Assembly: GCF_947568905.1 (NCBI RefSeq) | Contig: NC_079172.1 | Location: 60,760,001-60,824,000 of the forward strand | DNA: 64,000 nt | Source: Ostrea edulis | Lineage: Eukaryota | Direction of reading: 5' to 3' | Shown: one piece after another, positions 51,710-63,441 of the stretch | How positions within the stretch are numbered: the first letter of the stretch is position 1 | How the letters are laid out: each line of letters starts with the position of its first letter | Notes under the pieces: generated by a model | Databases searched by the model: none | The model's input: the letters and a program-made list of their open reading frames with translations, nothing else | Told to the model about the DNA's origin: nothing | Program-made: the position numbers and the translations under genes

Positions 51710-54700
51710 TCATCGCCTTACTAAACTGCCTGTAGGACGCATGGTTTCCACTCGGTTCTGTAGGTCATCAATTCGCACATCCTTCAGGTGAATCAGATGT
51801 TCCATTCGACTGATCTTGGCTTGTAAAATCTGAAATGTTGAAAATTGTTTTAATATTTAAATGATAAATGATGTGTCTTTGTTAATCATGCACTAGTAAC
51901 AGTAAGATGAATGTGTAGGAATGATATTGAGTCACTACACATGTATAACATGTACATCTATATTACTGCAGAATGTAGCAGTTCTCTTGGGCTACCTCAG
52001 GAAATGTTTGTAATGTAACATCAATAACAGCCCTTAATTTAGTGTGTGGAAAATGTGGTGATCTTTGACCTTATAGAGTTCAATAAAGGTCATTTAGTAG
52101 TCATGCCTAACCTACTAAAGCAGTTTGGTACTACATCTATTTACCTTTATTGTTTCATCCTTGGACAAACTTTCCTGCATTTTTTCCTCAAACAGAAGGC
52201 GGGGAATGTAATTGGAGTCATACTTGCTGGGTCCCTGCTGTTTGTGCTGTTGCTGATCAGGGTAATAATCAGGCCTGAAATGGAACAGTCCCATTGATGA
52301 GAACGGCAACTCAATCTGAGTGAAGAAATGGGTGTCTATTATCACCAATGGACTCTTTTTATTAATTTTTTTGCTTACTTTACTGCTGTTAAATATATTC
52401 ATTGGTGAATAAAATAGAGTATATACAATGAATACCCATAAATGACATTCAGTTTTTAGCACAAAATAAGCAGAACTGTCCATATATATCATAAAGACTG
52501 AAAACTGTGACTCTCTGAAAGTCTTAGGGAATTCAAATCTAGGACATTCTGGAGTATATTCTTTGCTGATGTACATTTTTACAGATATCTATGATGTCCC
52601 TGTATACAAATATATACACACAAATATGATATCCCTGTACATGTATTACATCAATATCTGATATCCTTATATACATACAGATATCTATGATATACCTATA
52701 CATATATTACATCAGTATCTGATATCCTTAAACAATACATACAGTTATCAATGATATCCTTGTACATATATAAATACAAAATTTTGAATTGTTAGTGCTA
52801 CCTGACTCCATGAAACCACAGATATCAAATCACCAGATAAAATAAACACAAAAAGATCCCAACACCACTTATATATACTGTTAAATCATAGTATCTTGTT
52901 GCTTTAGAAATATGTTTTTGTGAATACACATTAGGTAATTAATATTTACTGTTGTATATTGTTAACTAAAATAAATTTTGCATCAATATGCTTGTTATAA
53001 TTATGAATAAGAAAGTATAAAATGTACTAAATAATTTATAAAACGATGCATGCATGTGCATTAATCTTTAAAGTTTGCAATATTTGTTAATAAATATGTT
53101 TGATTTTTTTATCTGCATGGTCCTTTTATTTCATTACTCATGACTTATCTGATGAATGTAATATGTATGACAGTCTAGGCTCATAAAAACCAAGCTCTCC
53201 TTTCTGTATCAAACTCTCAATTACAGAAAAAGAAAAAAATATATCATAATATGACAGAGAAAAGACTGAAAGTTCTAGAAAATTGTGGGAAAAGTGCTAA
53301 CATGGCAGATGAAAAATATATAGTAAAAAGGCAGTGACACAGTAAATCTCCCTGTCTGATACCTGGACTGTAATGAATCTAGTGTTATCACTTCATTGGT
53401 AGCAGCATGTGGCATTACATTCCTGAAAATCACCAGACTTTGTCAATATACAGAGTACCATAGTGTTCTTCCATTGACCTTGATGTTTCCATATTATAAG
53501 GAATACAAGAACTGTCATAAATACATATTGGTTTGCACACACTCAGGTTTTTTTTTTTGGGGGGGGGGGGATTAAATTTGCTTTGAAGACTGATCTGATT
53601 GTGTGGAATGATAAGAATATATCCTACTCATAAAATACCAGTTTTACATGAAGCAAATTCTTCACCCTGTGAAAGGTGAAGATAACAAATAGTGATCAAT
53701 CTCATAACTTCTAAAAGGAATACAAAATATAGAGTTGGGCAAACATGGACCCCTGGATATATCAGAGGTGGGATCAGGTGCCTAGGAGGAGTAAGCATCT
53801 CCTGTCGACCGGTCACACCCGCCGTGAGCCCTATGTATTGATGATCAGGTAAACAGAGTAATCCGTAGTCAAATCAGTATGCCAAGAATGGCCTAACAAT
53901 CACTATGGAACACATCAGACAGCATTTTACCCAATAATAGGTTGTATTGGCAAACTATTAATATAATTATGATCCTAAAAAGTGAAGAAAAAACTTTAAT
54001 ATTACATGTATTTCAACCTTGGAATAAATCCTAAAATGTCAGAAAACTTCCACAATAGATATACAATGTACACATAATACATCCTGGGAAATATCTAGAT
54101 AATGTCCTGTAATGTGAGAAATATTTCTATCATTACGGAATAAAAATGTCATACTGCAAACATTTTACACCTTAAAATATATTCTGAAATGTGACCATTC
54201 TTTTATATATCACACATATTTTAAACTTTGGAATATATCAAGTGCTTGATGGTTGTGGTGCGACATTCAACACAATTACCATGGCAGGTTAACACCATAT
54301 ATCCTGACCCAATTAATGATATATTGGAGGTCGACCACGCACATCCAGACCAATTGACTAATACATTACAGGTCCACCAAGCGCATCCAGACCAATTGAC
54401 TAATACATTACAGGTCCACCAAGCGCATCCAGACCAATTGACTAATACATTACAGGTCGACCATGAGTTAACATTTTGAAGTTATATAAATAATGCAGTT
54501 TGATTGAGTAAAAAGTTAATTTGTTTTATATAATTAGTCTATGTTTTTTTTTTTTAAATACTTCTACATTGCAGATTATTTGTTAAGTGTAAGCAGACAT
54601 GCACTTTACTTATGAATGTAGTACACTTGACCATTGAGTGAACTGGTGGGTGTCATACAGTCCACGGTCATAATGCGACATTCTCTGAATCCTGGTATAA

Positions 54701-57700
54701 AAAAAAAGGGTAAAATTTACTTGCAGAAAGTAAATCTGGTAAATTGAGAACTTCAAAGAATTTAACTGACTTTGACATGAATTGGTTATTTATTTCCGTA
54801 TACAGTTGACCTTCTATATCTCAAACACCGATATCTCCAATACCATGGATATGTCGAAGTGATTAAGTCCTAACCACTTATACCGTAAGTATATATTTTA
54901 CCCTCAATATCTTGAATCCTCAGATACTCAAAGTTTTTATCTTGGTCCCATCGAGTTCAAGATAACAATGTTTGACTGTATAACAATATAATGACTGGAG
55001 TTCGAAGTCATGTGATGCTGGTGTAACATGAGAGAGCTCCCAGGAACGCGTTTCATTTGTCATCATAAATTACGATATAAATACATGAGGAATACACAGG
55101 CTAAATATCAAAGTCGAAATAGTGACAAAGTTTTAAGATGTAATAGATGGATAGACAGACATGCAGACAATAAAACAAAGTAATTCCTAAATATTGCTAC
55201 GCTAAATTTGCAGGCAATGTATCATTATAATCTTGACTCACTGAAAATAGGAAATTGATCTTATGAAGACTTAATTGTATGTGTTTATTTTGATAAGATA
55301 ACCCATATTAGTGTGTAGGATCAACATGAAATCCAAGTGATGCACTTACCCTCCTCGTGTAGGGCTCTGAGATTTCTTTCCTACTCCTCGACCGGTTGTT
55401 GCTACAAAATAAAAATTAAAAGTACTGAATTAAAAACTGTGTAACTTCAATATCCTCTACAGCAAAATACGGTTGATCCCTTATTTTACGCGAGTACTTA
55501 ATATCGCGAAATGACTCATACATGTCAAATTGCGATAACATAAATTCATGAATGCTCTGTTAATTAGAGTTTTTCCATGTGTTTTAGCAAGATAACAATA
55601 AAAGCGAATAATTTATTTCGTGAATGATTCTTCTCGCTAAATTACGCTATAATAAATTCCTCGGGTATAATTATGAATTTACGGTATTCTTGTTGAATGT
55701 CCAGTTTCAATATAATACACATGCTTGTTGAATGTATGCAATTCAAATATAATCTACAGTCTTGTGAATGTCGACTCTTCTTAAATGTTCAATTGATCAG
55801 CCTCAATATCCAACACACCTACCCATATACATATGTACTGACCATTTGTCTCAATCCTCAATACACCTACCCATATACATGTACTGACCATTTGTCTCAG
55901 TCCTCAATACACCTACCCATATACATGTACTGACCATTTGTCTCAATCCTCAATACACCTACCCATGTACTGATCAGCCTCAGGCTTATCGCTCTCTGTA
56001 CGTCGTCCTCCTTTAGCTTTGTATTTAGGAGGGAGTTGTTGTTTTGTCAGCTCCCACTCTGCTCGTTCAAGTTTCAGCCTGAGCATTATCAACACTTTCT
56101 CGATAACTCCAGGTTTGGCCATGACAACATCGCGGATGACATCTTCACCCAGTGTGAAATTCAACTTGCTCAGCACTTTTCTGAATAAAGTAAGAATTTC
56201 TTACCATTTCAAAAAGTTGATTTATGCATATGGTACTTCAAGTATTTACTCTCGGGTGCATGTTATAGTATTTCATTTATTCATTGTTTCACAGTACACT
56301 AAAATTAAATTAGACACATTTTAATTCAAATTGAAAGAAAATATTTATTTCAAGGTTATTAGCTGTCCTTTATCGTGGAATCTTTAAATTTGTGAGGCCA
56401 GTTTTTGTGGGTTACTAAAATTTTTACAATTTTGTTGGAAAGTATAATTTTGTGGATATAGTCTTTGTACACATCAACTGTTATAAATCAAAATAGTGCA
56501 TGTATTTCACAGAAGTTTTTATTCAAACAATTGAAAGTGTTCTAACATATACTCCGCCAAAATTCTGGACCCATGAAATAAAAGACTCCACAACAGTAAC
56601 AATACTAAATACTGCAGCTATATACAGAGTAGACCAGCTAGAACGAGGTATGATTGGGAAACACAGATGACCCAGTAAATGGAAATCAACATCCTGTTAC
56701 ATATGTACCACAAATTCGAATTAGGTCGATCTTAATGTCACAAAGATAATATGCATCTACCAAATATAACAGCAGCTTTCTTTTGTAATGTATGGAATGT
56801 TGAATTTTTCAGTTTGTTCAAAAGATTTAACCACAGAGTGCCCAAGTTTTCCGGCTGGATTAAAACATTTAACCTGCAGTTAAAAGTTTTTGGATACAGA
56901 CGGTTAGATGGACAGACAGGACAAAAATTAATATTTGACCCTTGGATTTTTAATCTAGAGGTAGAAAAAATTTCATTTTTCAAGATCAATGGGATTAAGG
57001 TATATAGCATTGTCTCCCTTGAATGTTAGAATAAGGAGCTAGACGACAATAAAATTCCAATTCTAGTATTGCTCTGTAATAACTAATGACATACCAATTA
57101 TGATAGCAAAAATCATTCTGTTTAATCTGTTACCTCTAAATTATTGACTGAATATTGCTCATTTGAGGTAAAATTGTTGGCCAAAAATGCAGACCAAACT
57201 TCAGTCAAGAGCAGATGCACTAGCTATTTGGTATTATTATACATGCAATTTAGTGTTTCTTTTATGTATGAGAATATGGATATGAATAGAGAATTTCATA
57301 TTTTAGCACAATTAACTCACTGCTTAACGCTGAAGTCGCTCAAATTTGAATCCCGATAAAATAAGTACATGTATAATGAAGTTAACTTGGATTTCCATAC
57401 ATAAGAATTCTGCTCTTATGAAAAAAAAACAAATGGTAGTAGTTTCCAAAATTTCACTTATTATACAAAGTGCTTATATTCAAAATGTCTGAAATTTGGT
57501 TTTATGATAAAAACTCTGCAGCAATGAAAAACTTGCATTAATTGCCAAGATTATATTTTGGGAAATATATCAATGTCATGATAAAAAAAATATATATGTT
57601 GACCTTTTATGAAAGATAATCATTACAATGATATAATTTATGGTATCTCAAATAACATAGATAAAATGCGGATTTGTGAAGTCCGAGTAATTAATACAAT

Positions 57701-60700
57701 GTACATCAAAGAAAATTGTTGTGCTTGTATAATTTTAATAATGTGGACATTCTGTAACACACAGGAAGTTCTTTGGTGATATAAAACTGAGAGAGAATTG
57801 AAAAAGTAGAGTAATATTGTGTATCATAATAGAAGGATCATAAGCATGATGAATTTAAAGATCATGTAGATCTAAAATTTCAAAACATATTTTAAGCAAA
57901 AAGATGCATTTTCAGGAACACTAATTAAGAGAACAGCAAGAAATTATTGGAATGGAATGATGGCGTGCTGGGAATGTCCAAATTTTGAGCTTTCACTGAA
58001 CATATTACTCTGAAATGGTAGAAAATAGGGGCATGTAACTTGCTGTACAGAAAGTATTCGCAATGTTCACTTTGGGCATTAACACTGCGGACGTTACCTG
58101 TTAAGAACTTTCCAGTTGAGTAATTTTTTGTCCGTAGCACTGGCTGTAGAATAGTTGTGAAGCTCCACCAGTGTGGGGAATTTATTTTGAACGATCTCAG
58201 CTATCAGGACTGAAATTCAATCAACAGTTTTACTAAACTCGGCAGAATGTCAGAGGGTGTGCTCTAATTAAGAACAGATGACAGAGGGAGGGGTATACCA
58301 ATGTAACAGAGATGTTCAAAATGTATATACATGTACATGTAATCACATGTCAGTTGTTTAAAACAAATGAAATGATTGACCACAACATTTTATAATTTCA
58401 TTGATAGTCAAATATGGATATACTGTATACAGGTCATTAATTTATCTTGTTTTTTTCACCTACATTTAATTTAGCCAGGCAACGCAGTTGAGATAAAAGA
58501 GAGAAATTAAAGAGAGAAAACGGTTTCACCCAGTCTTAAATTTGCCCAATGATGATCAGGGCAAAAGGGGGCAGAAATAAAATGAGGAGAATATTTTCCT
58601 GTATACAGTTACATGTAAGTAGGAATCAGTAATTTGTGAAGCTGAGTCTGGAAGCATCATTTTCTATTTATAATTCACATAAGTATGCTGACTTCCAGTC
58701 TGTCTTTAAATTTGAACATCTCTGCAAGGAGTATATTACTAGCACAACAGACACACTCTGTATGACACAGCAATAAGGAACATTCATCATCTGGGGACCC
58801 CCTTTCAAGATCACAAAATAAACGATCAATGAACATGTGTACAAGATACATGTAGGGTTGTCCATCGAGTTTGGAACAGTTCCTAAAGATGAACCTTTAA
58901 CATTTTGAACAGTTTCTGTTGGTGAACCCAGATGATGAATGTATAAGAATGATCAAGATGCTATTGATCTAACTGACACAAACAAAGCTGACGGTGGAGA
59001 ACGTGCCCTGTACCTGTTAAGGACTGTCCAATTGTCCTTCTTAATACTGACCGCACTTGCCGCAGTGTAGTTGTGCATTTGAATCAACTTTGGTCTGAAA
59101 TGCTGGACAATCTCAGCTACCAACACTACAGCAACAATATTAATATCTCAACCATTAAGAGAAGCAGACATTTGTGTTTTAACATGAACATGAAGGACTC
59201 AAAATGGCGCAAGCAAGGTGTTAATGCATGCAAACAGTGCTTCAATCACGCTGCTATCCACCAGCAGACAACACTACATACATCTGCATCCATTTACAAT
59301 TTCCAGTGCTTCTTGGTGGAAGTTTAAACATATATTGTTGATACTAATTCAGACACCAACCATAATACCTTGACATTTAATCTAACAGTAAATTATAATA
59401 CCGTTTTATGGTAAAAGTTATTGTCATACTTATACATCAGTAGACGTAGCTTGAATATTCCAGAACGTGTGCATTCTGGGTTTTCCTAAGAATGTTTTAA
59501 ATGTTAAATAAAAAGGGTAAAGGTCAATGAAAAAAAATTATGGTAGGGGTGTGACAACTTTTGGAAGGTAGTGACATTATAATTTTTTCACACATTGGTG
59601 AACATCAAAACTTTTTAATTAACAGTATGAAATATCAATTTAACACTTGATTGTCAGATTTTACAGACGAAATAAATATTACATCAATTTACATGTATTT
59701 TGAAATAGACCTTCCCAAACATTACTGAGATGTAAATATGTATATTGTTAGGACATGATAGCTTTTTTTTAGTACATGTTTATTTACTCCAATCCAAGAT
59801 ACGTAAAATTGGTTTTGGAGCATTCCCTATAAAAACAAATATGGTCATATTCACTACTCCACCAATTGTGTCGTTAACATTCTAGACAACCTAGCGATAT
59901 CCTCAAAGCCCTAGGACGTGTTTTCACTTTGCCGACATGTGACTGTTTCATTTTTCATGTGAAAGAGGAACACCGTGTATCATCACCCTTGGCTAGCGAA
60001 GATGCTTTATCGGGTGATCAAGATAGTACACCTATATCTGGAATACCAACAATTTTCTTATCAATGAAAGTTTTCTAAACCAACTGAATTTTGCATCATA
60101 CATTTTACACCTAATCTTATATCATGTAATTATCATGTACTTTGATCTCTACACATATATACACCAAGTTTGTTAAAATTACAATAGAGAATCCATGATC
60201 AACACTACGCATGGAAATTTATACAGTGCATCTGTTAAGTTATACAGATGCCCTGCATGTAAATTTAGTGCAACACCCCCGTTAAATGTGGAGCAACCTT
60301 TTAATCTAAAAGTACATTATAATATATAGGCCTATAAAATATCAAAGCCGAATGAATATACTCGACTAGTTTCTTTTTCTTCCTCAGGAGTATACTATCA
60401 TATATTATACTCCATAAGAAGTCAAGAAACTAGTCGAGTATACTCGGTTGGCTTTGTCAGTTGTGATACTGTAGAACGTTTTATTATGCTACATGTATCT
60501 AACATACTTGTAATAGTTGTGATAGAACTTTTAAATATTTTATGTACTGTACAGTTTAATAATATAATTTTTAAATGTACTTATTTCTGGATTTTATACA
60601 TATATATGTATTCATATATATATATATGATTTTAAAAAATACAAATAGATCTAACCTCCATCGGAGAAGTCTCTGCCGATATTTTTCTTCGGTCTACTCA

Positions 60701-60767
60701 GCGGAATACTGTCCACCCAGTTGTACAATTCCTCCAACTCCGCGTCCTCATAATCCGCCAAAGGCAT
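51710..60767 (-). CDS. SPEF1: Sperm flagellar protein 1-like, copy B: 60767-60656, [59125-59014 or 58209-58098], 56180-55963, 55401-55350, (53422-53363), 52274-52145, 51829-51710; 247 aa (267 aa with the 60-nt cassette)
   Basis: All junctions are GT-AG and in phase (112+112+218+52+130+120 = 744 nt). MPLADYEDAELEELYNWVDSIPLSRPKKNIGRDFSDG ... ILQAKISRMEHLIHLKDVRIDDL. Confidence 0.92.
53670..53950 (+). repeat. Dispersed repeat family B (other copies: 4912-5069 -, 40447-40650 +, 47915-48085 -, split copy 47270-47316/49167-49300 +)
   Basis: Shared core GGTGAAGATAAC..GTGATCAATCTCATAACTCCTA...CAGGTGCCTAGGAGGAGTAAGCATC..GACCGGTCACAC. Confidence 0.75.
54330..54460. repeat. 42-bp tandem repeat x3
   Basis: gaccaattgactaatacattacaggtccaccaagcgcatcca. 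Confidence 0.85.
54803..54978. mobile_element. Tc1/mariner-pogo-type MITE
   Basis: TA|CAGT...ACTG|TA termini with imperfect TIRs. Confidence 0.65.
55800..55975. repeat. 46-48-bp tandem repeat containing the SPEF1-B exon 3 donor
   Basis: cacctaccc at 55816, 55864, 55910 and 55956. Confidence 0.85.
58098..58209 (-). CDS. SPEF1: SPEF1-B exon 2b (VLIAEIVQNKFPTLVELHNYSTASATDKKLLNWKVLNR)
   Basis: tttcag|TC...AACAG|gtaacg, 112 nt, no stop. Confidence 0.85.
59014..59125 (-). CDS. SPEF1: SPEF1-B exon 2a (VLVAEIVQHFRPKLIQMHNYTAASAVSIKKDNWTVLNR)
   Basis: ctgtag|TG...AACAG|gtacag, 112 nt, no stop. Confidence 0.85.
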
Positions 60768-61317
60768 TCCACCTGATTTGTAATTGTTCATGTTTGTTAG
60801 ATGATAAATTTACGGATCGGTATCTTTTTGGTAAAAACTCAGCATTTAGGGTTACAGGGCCTTGTTAACAGACAAATTATTTACAATATCACTAAATACA
60901 CAAAATCATAATAAAGCGTCCGTCGCAACGAAATACCCACAATTCCTTCACACCGGAAAAGCAGTGCTTTCCAGTATATCATTCATGAATACTTCTATAA
61001 TGTGTATATCAGTCTAATATTGCATTAATTTTAGTATAACTATTTAACAAAATCAACTTTGTACAATCTCTATATATTCTCTATGGGTTTTCAATGGTTC
61101 GTTTTGCCTATTTCCAGCTACAACACCCTACGATTTTTTGAACTACTTAACAAATGATCAAACTTCCGGAATACCGAGGTGCATGACGGGAAATTCGTTG
61201 ACAACAACAACTATGGACGCTTTTGTGTACATAATGATAAAGGAATCGTTTTATTCTGTCAAATTAACACTTTTTGTTGGATCATAAAGTTTTAGGCCGA
61301 ATTCAACTAGCTGAAAA
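60768..61317. promoter_or_regulatory. Putative bidirectional promoter shared by SPEF1-B and SPEF1-C
   Basis: 550 bp between divergent ATGs; ETS-type ACTTCCGG at 61162-61169; imperfect X-box-like GTTGACAACAAC at 61197-61208. Confidence 0.6.
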
Positions 61318-63441
61318 ATGTCATTAGATAAACTTCAGTCGAGCGGTTCCGGTTTAGATGATTTCGATGATGCGGAATTAGAAGAACTTTACACATGGAT
61401 TGACACCATCCCTCTGTCCAGACCAAAGAAAAACATATCCAGAGATTTTTCTGATGGAGGTAAAATTACTTTTATGAATAAAAAGTAAAGATGTTATGAA
61501 CTAACCATGTATCATGACATTGATCTGAGCGAGATTCGACTGCCGGCTGTGGTTTTGACTGACACCCCAGACCACACCCGAAATATTTTAGACCGGTTAG
61601 CATAGTGGTTAACGGCACGCACTCGCTTCAAAATTTTCAGTGAACAAATGTAGAGATTATCTTTATTCATTTGCTGATTTTCTCATTTTTTTCTTTACAT
61701 ATGTGTTACCTTTAGAACCTTGCTTTGTGGACGGGCCTTCTGCTTGTCCGAGCTTTGCTCGGTATTAGGATTAAACTGTTGAATCTAATTTGCTTTATAT
61801 TTTTGAAACGTTTTCTGAAGAATGGCTGTTATAGACTAGTTCTATATGAATTGATATGATTTGCACAAAATCTGATAGAAAAACCTTTTCAGACTCAAAG
61901 TATATGGATAAAATGCAAACTCAATATTTGATGCCGTGGTAGATCAAGAAATTCCAAAAGGTGGGGGAGGGGGGGGGGGAGGGATAGGAAGCCCTGGTCA
62001 GGGGCCAGGGGAAAAGCTCCCTTGTTGTTAAAAAATTAATCTTCCAAATAAGACATATATATATTTAGGACTCCAAAGTGCGATGGGACTCTAAAGTGTG
62101 ATGGTCTCGCCAAAGTGCGATGGTCTGCACCAGACTCTGATGCGATGGTTCACACTCATGCGTCGAAGTGCGACGGTGTGACATGCCAAAGTGCGATGGT
62201 GTGAGACGAATGTGCCAAAGTGCGATGGTACTCATTAATGTGCCAATGTGTGATGGAGATGGAGTGATACGCCAAGGTCCGATGGTTTGTAAAACTGAAT
62301 ACACACAGTGTTTTGGTACAGACTTACCAACCGTGAGTTATTTCACCAAAATATCAATGCAAAATAGTTATAATGATAAAATCTTCATTCATTACCATTT
62401 AGTTGTCGTGTTAATGAACATAAAATTTTCCAACGTGAAATCGCATAGAATGCTTTGCATTATAGCATAACCCCCCCCAGGAATTTATTACATGTACATC
62501 ACAAATAATAAAATTTGATGATCATGTCAGCATGTTTGGTCAAAGTACTTTGCCATTCTCACAATACCTTGCCCTTGCTATCGTCCATGTAAATCTTAAT
62601 CACCCGTGCCTTTCTCCGATATCCTGAAAACATTGGTGCCAGCAGAAAGAACCTTCGTTGGTGCAAACTGACGTTGGATTTTGAAAGACATTACGAATGA
62701 TGTTATAATAACATGACGTCACAAACGTTACTCTACCCCACAACCATCGGACTTTGGAGTGTCAGACCATCGCACTTTAATGTGGTGCACCTACAAATCA
62801 TGGGCCATCACACTTTGGCTTGCCAGACCATCGCACTTTGGTGTAGCGTGCCTATAGGAGAGGGACCATCGTACTTTGGCGTGACCATTGCACTTTGGAG
62901 CGACCATCACACTTTAGAGTCTTACATATATAATTATATATATTAATTTCTATAATAAATGGATCATATTAATTTCTGAGGCGTGTGGAGGTGTGCACAG
63001 TACTGGATCTGCCACTGCAGTGCTTCATGCAGTATGTAGAGAAGGGTATCCATCAATATATTAAAACAACATTTGTTGATATTATTATATAAATCAAGTT
63101 CTTGCATTAAAGTAGTACGGTGAGTAATGCTTTAATGTGAGTATAACACTCTTAATAAAATGCGACATGATATACTATGATGTAACATACTACAGATCTA
63201 TGCTTCGCAATAAATCCACCTCTTGTACTGGGAGATATTGTCCCAGAGCTCAATATCAAGAGGACTTTTATCATTTCAACAGCACATAAAAGTTAAGATA
63301 AATTTCATTGGCAATTAATTGTACTGTAGTGTTGGTGGCAGAGATTGTCCGACATTATATACCACAACTGGTTCAAACACACAACTACACCGCTGCCAAT
63401 TCTAGCAGTCAAAAGAGGGAGAACTGGCTTCTCCTGAACAG
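61318..63441 (+). CDS. SPEF1: Sperm flagellar protein 1-like, copy C (5' part: exons 61318-61459 and 63330-63441; continues beyond the window)
   Basis: MSLDKLQ...ELEELYTWIDTIPLSRPKKNISRDFSDG|gt and VLVAEIVRHYIPQLVQTHNYTAANSSSQKRENWLLLNR|gt. Confidence 0.9.
62068..62922. mobile_element. Foldback-type MITE with TA TSD and inverted arrays of CCAAAGTGCGATGGT, in SPEF1-C intron 1
   Basis: About 9 motif copies on the left and 7 inverted on the right; termini GGACTC.../...GAGTCT flanked by TA. Confidence 0.75.

Noticed and set aside
62065-62946. CRISPR-like repeat/spacer pattern
   Set aside because: 15-bp repeats, variable short spacers, inverted arms, TA TSD and no cas genes: a MITE
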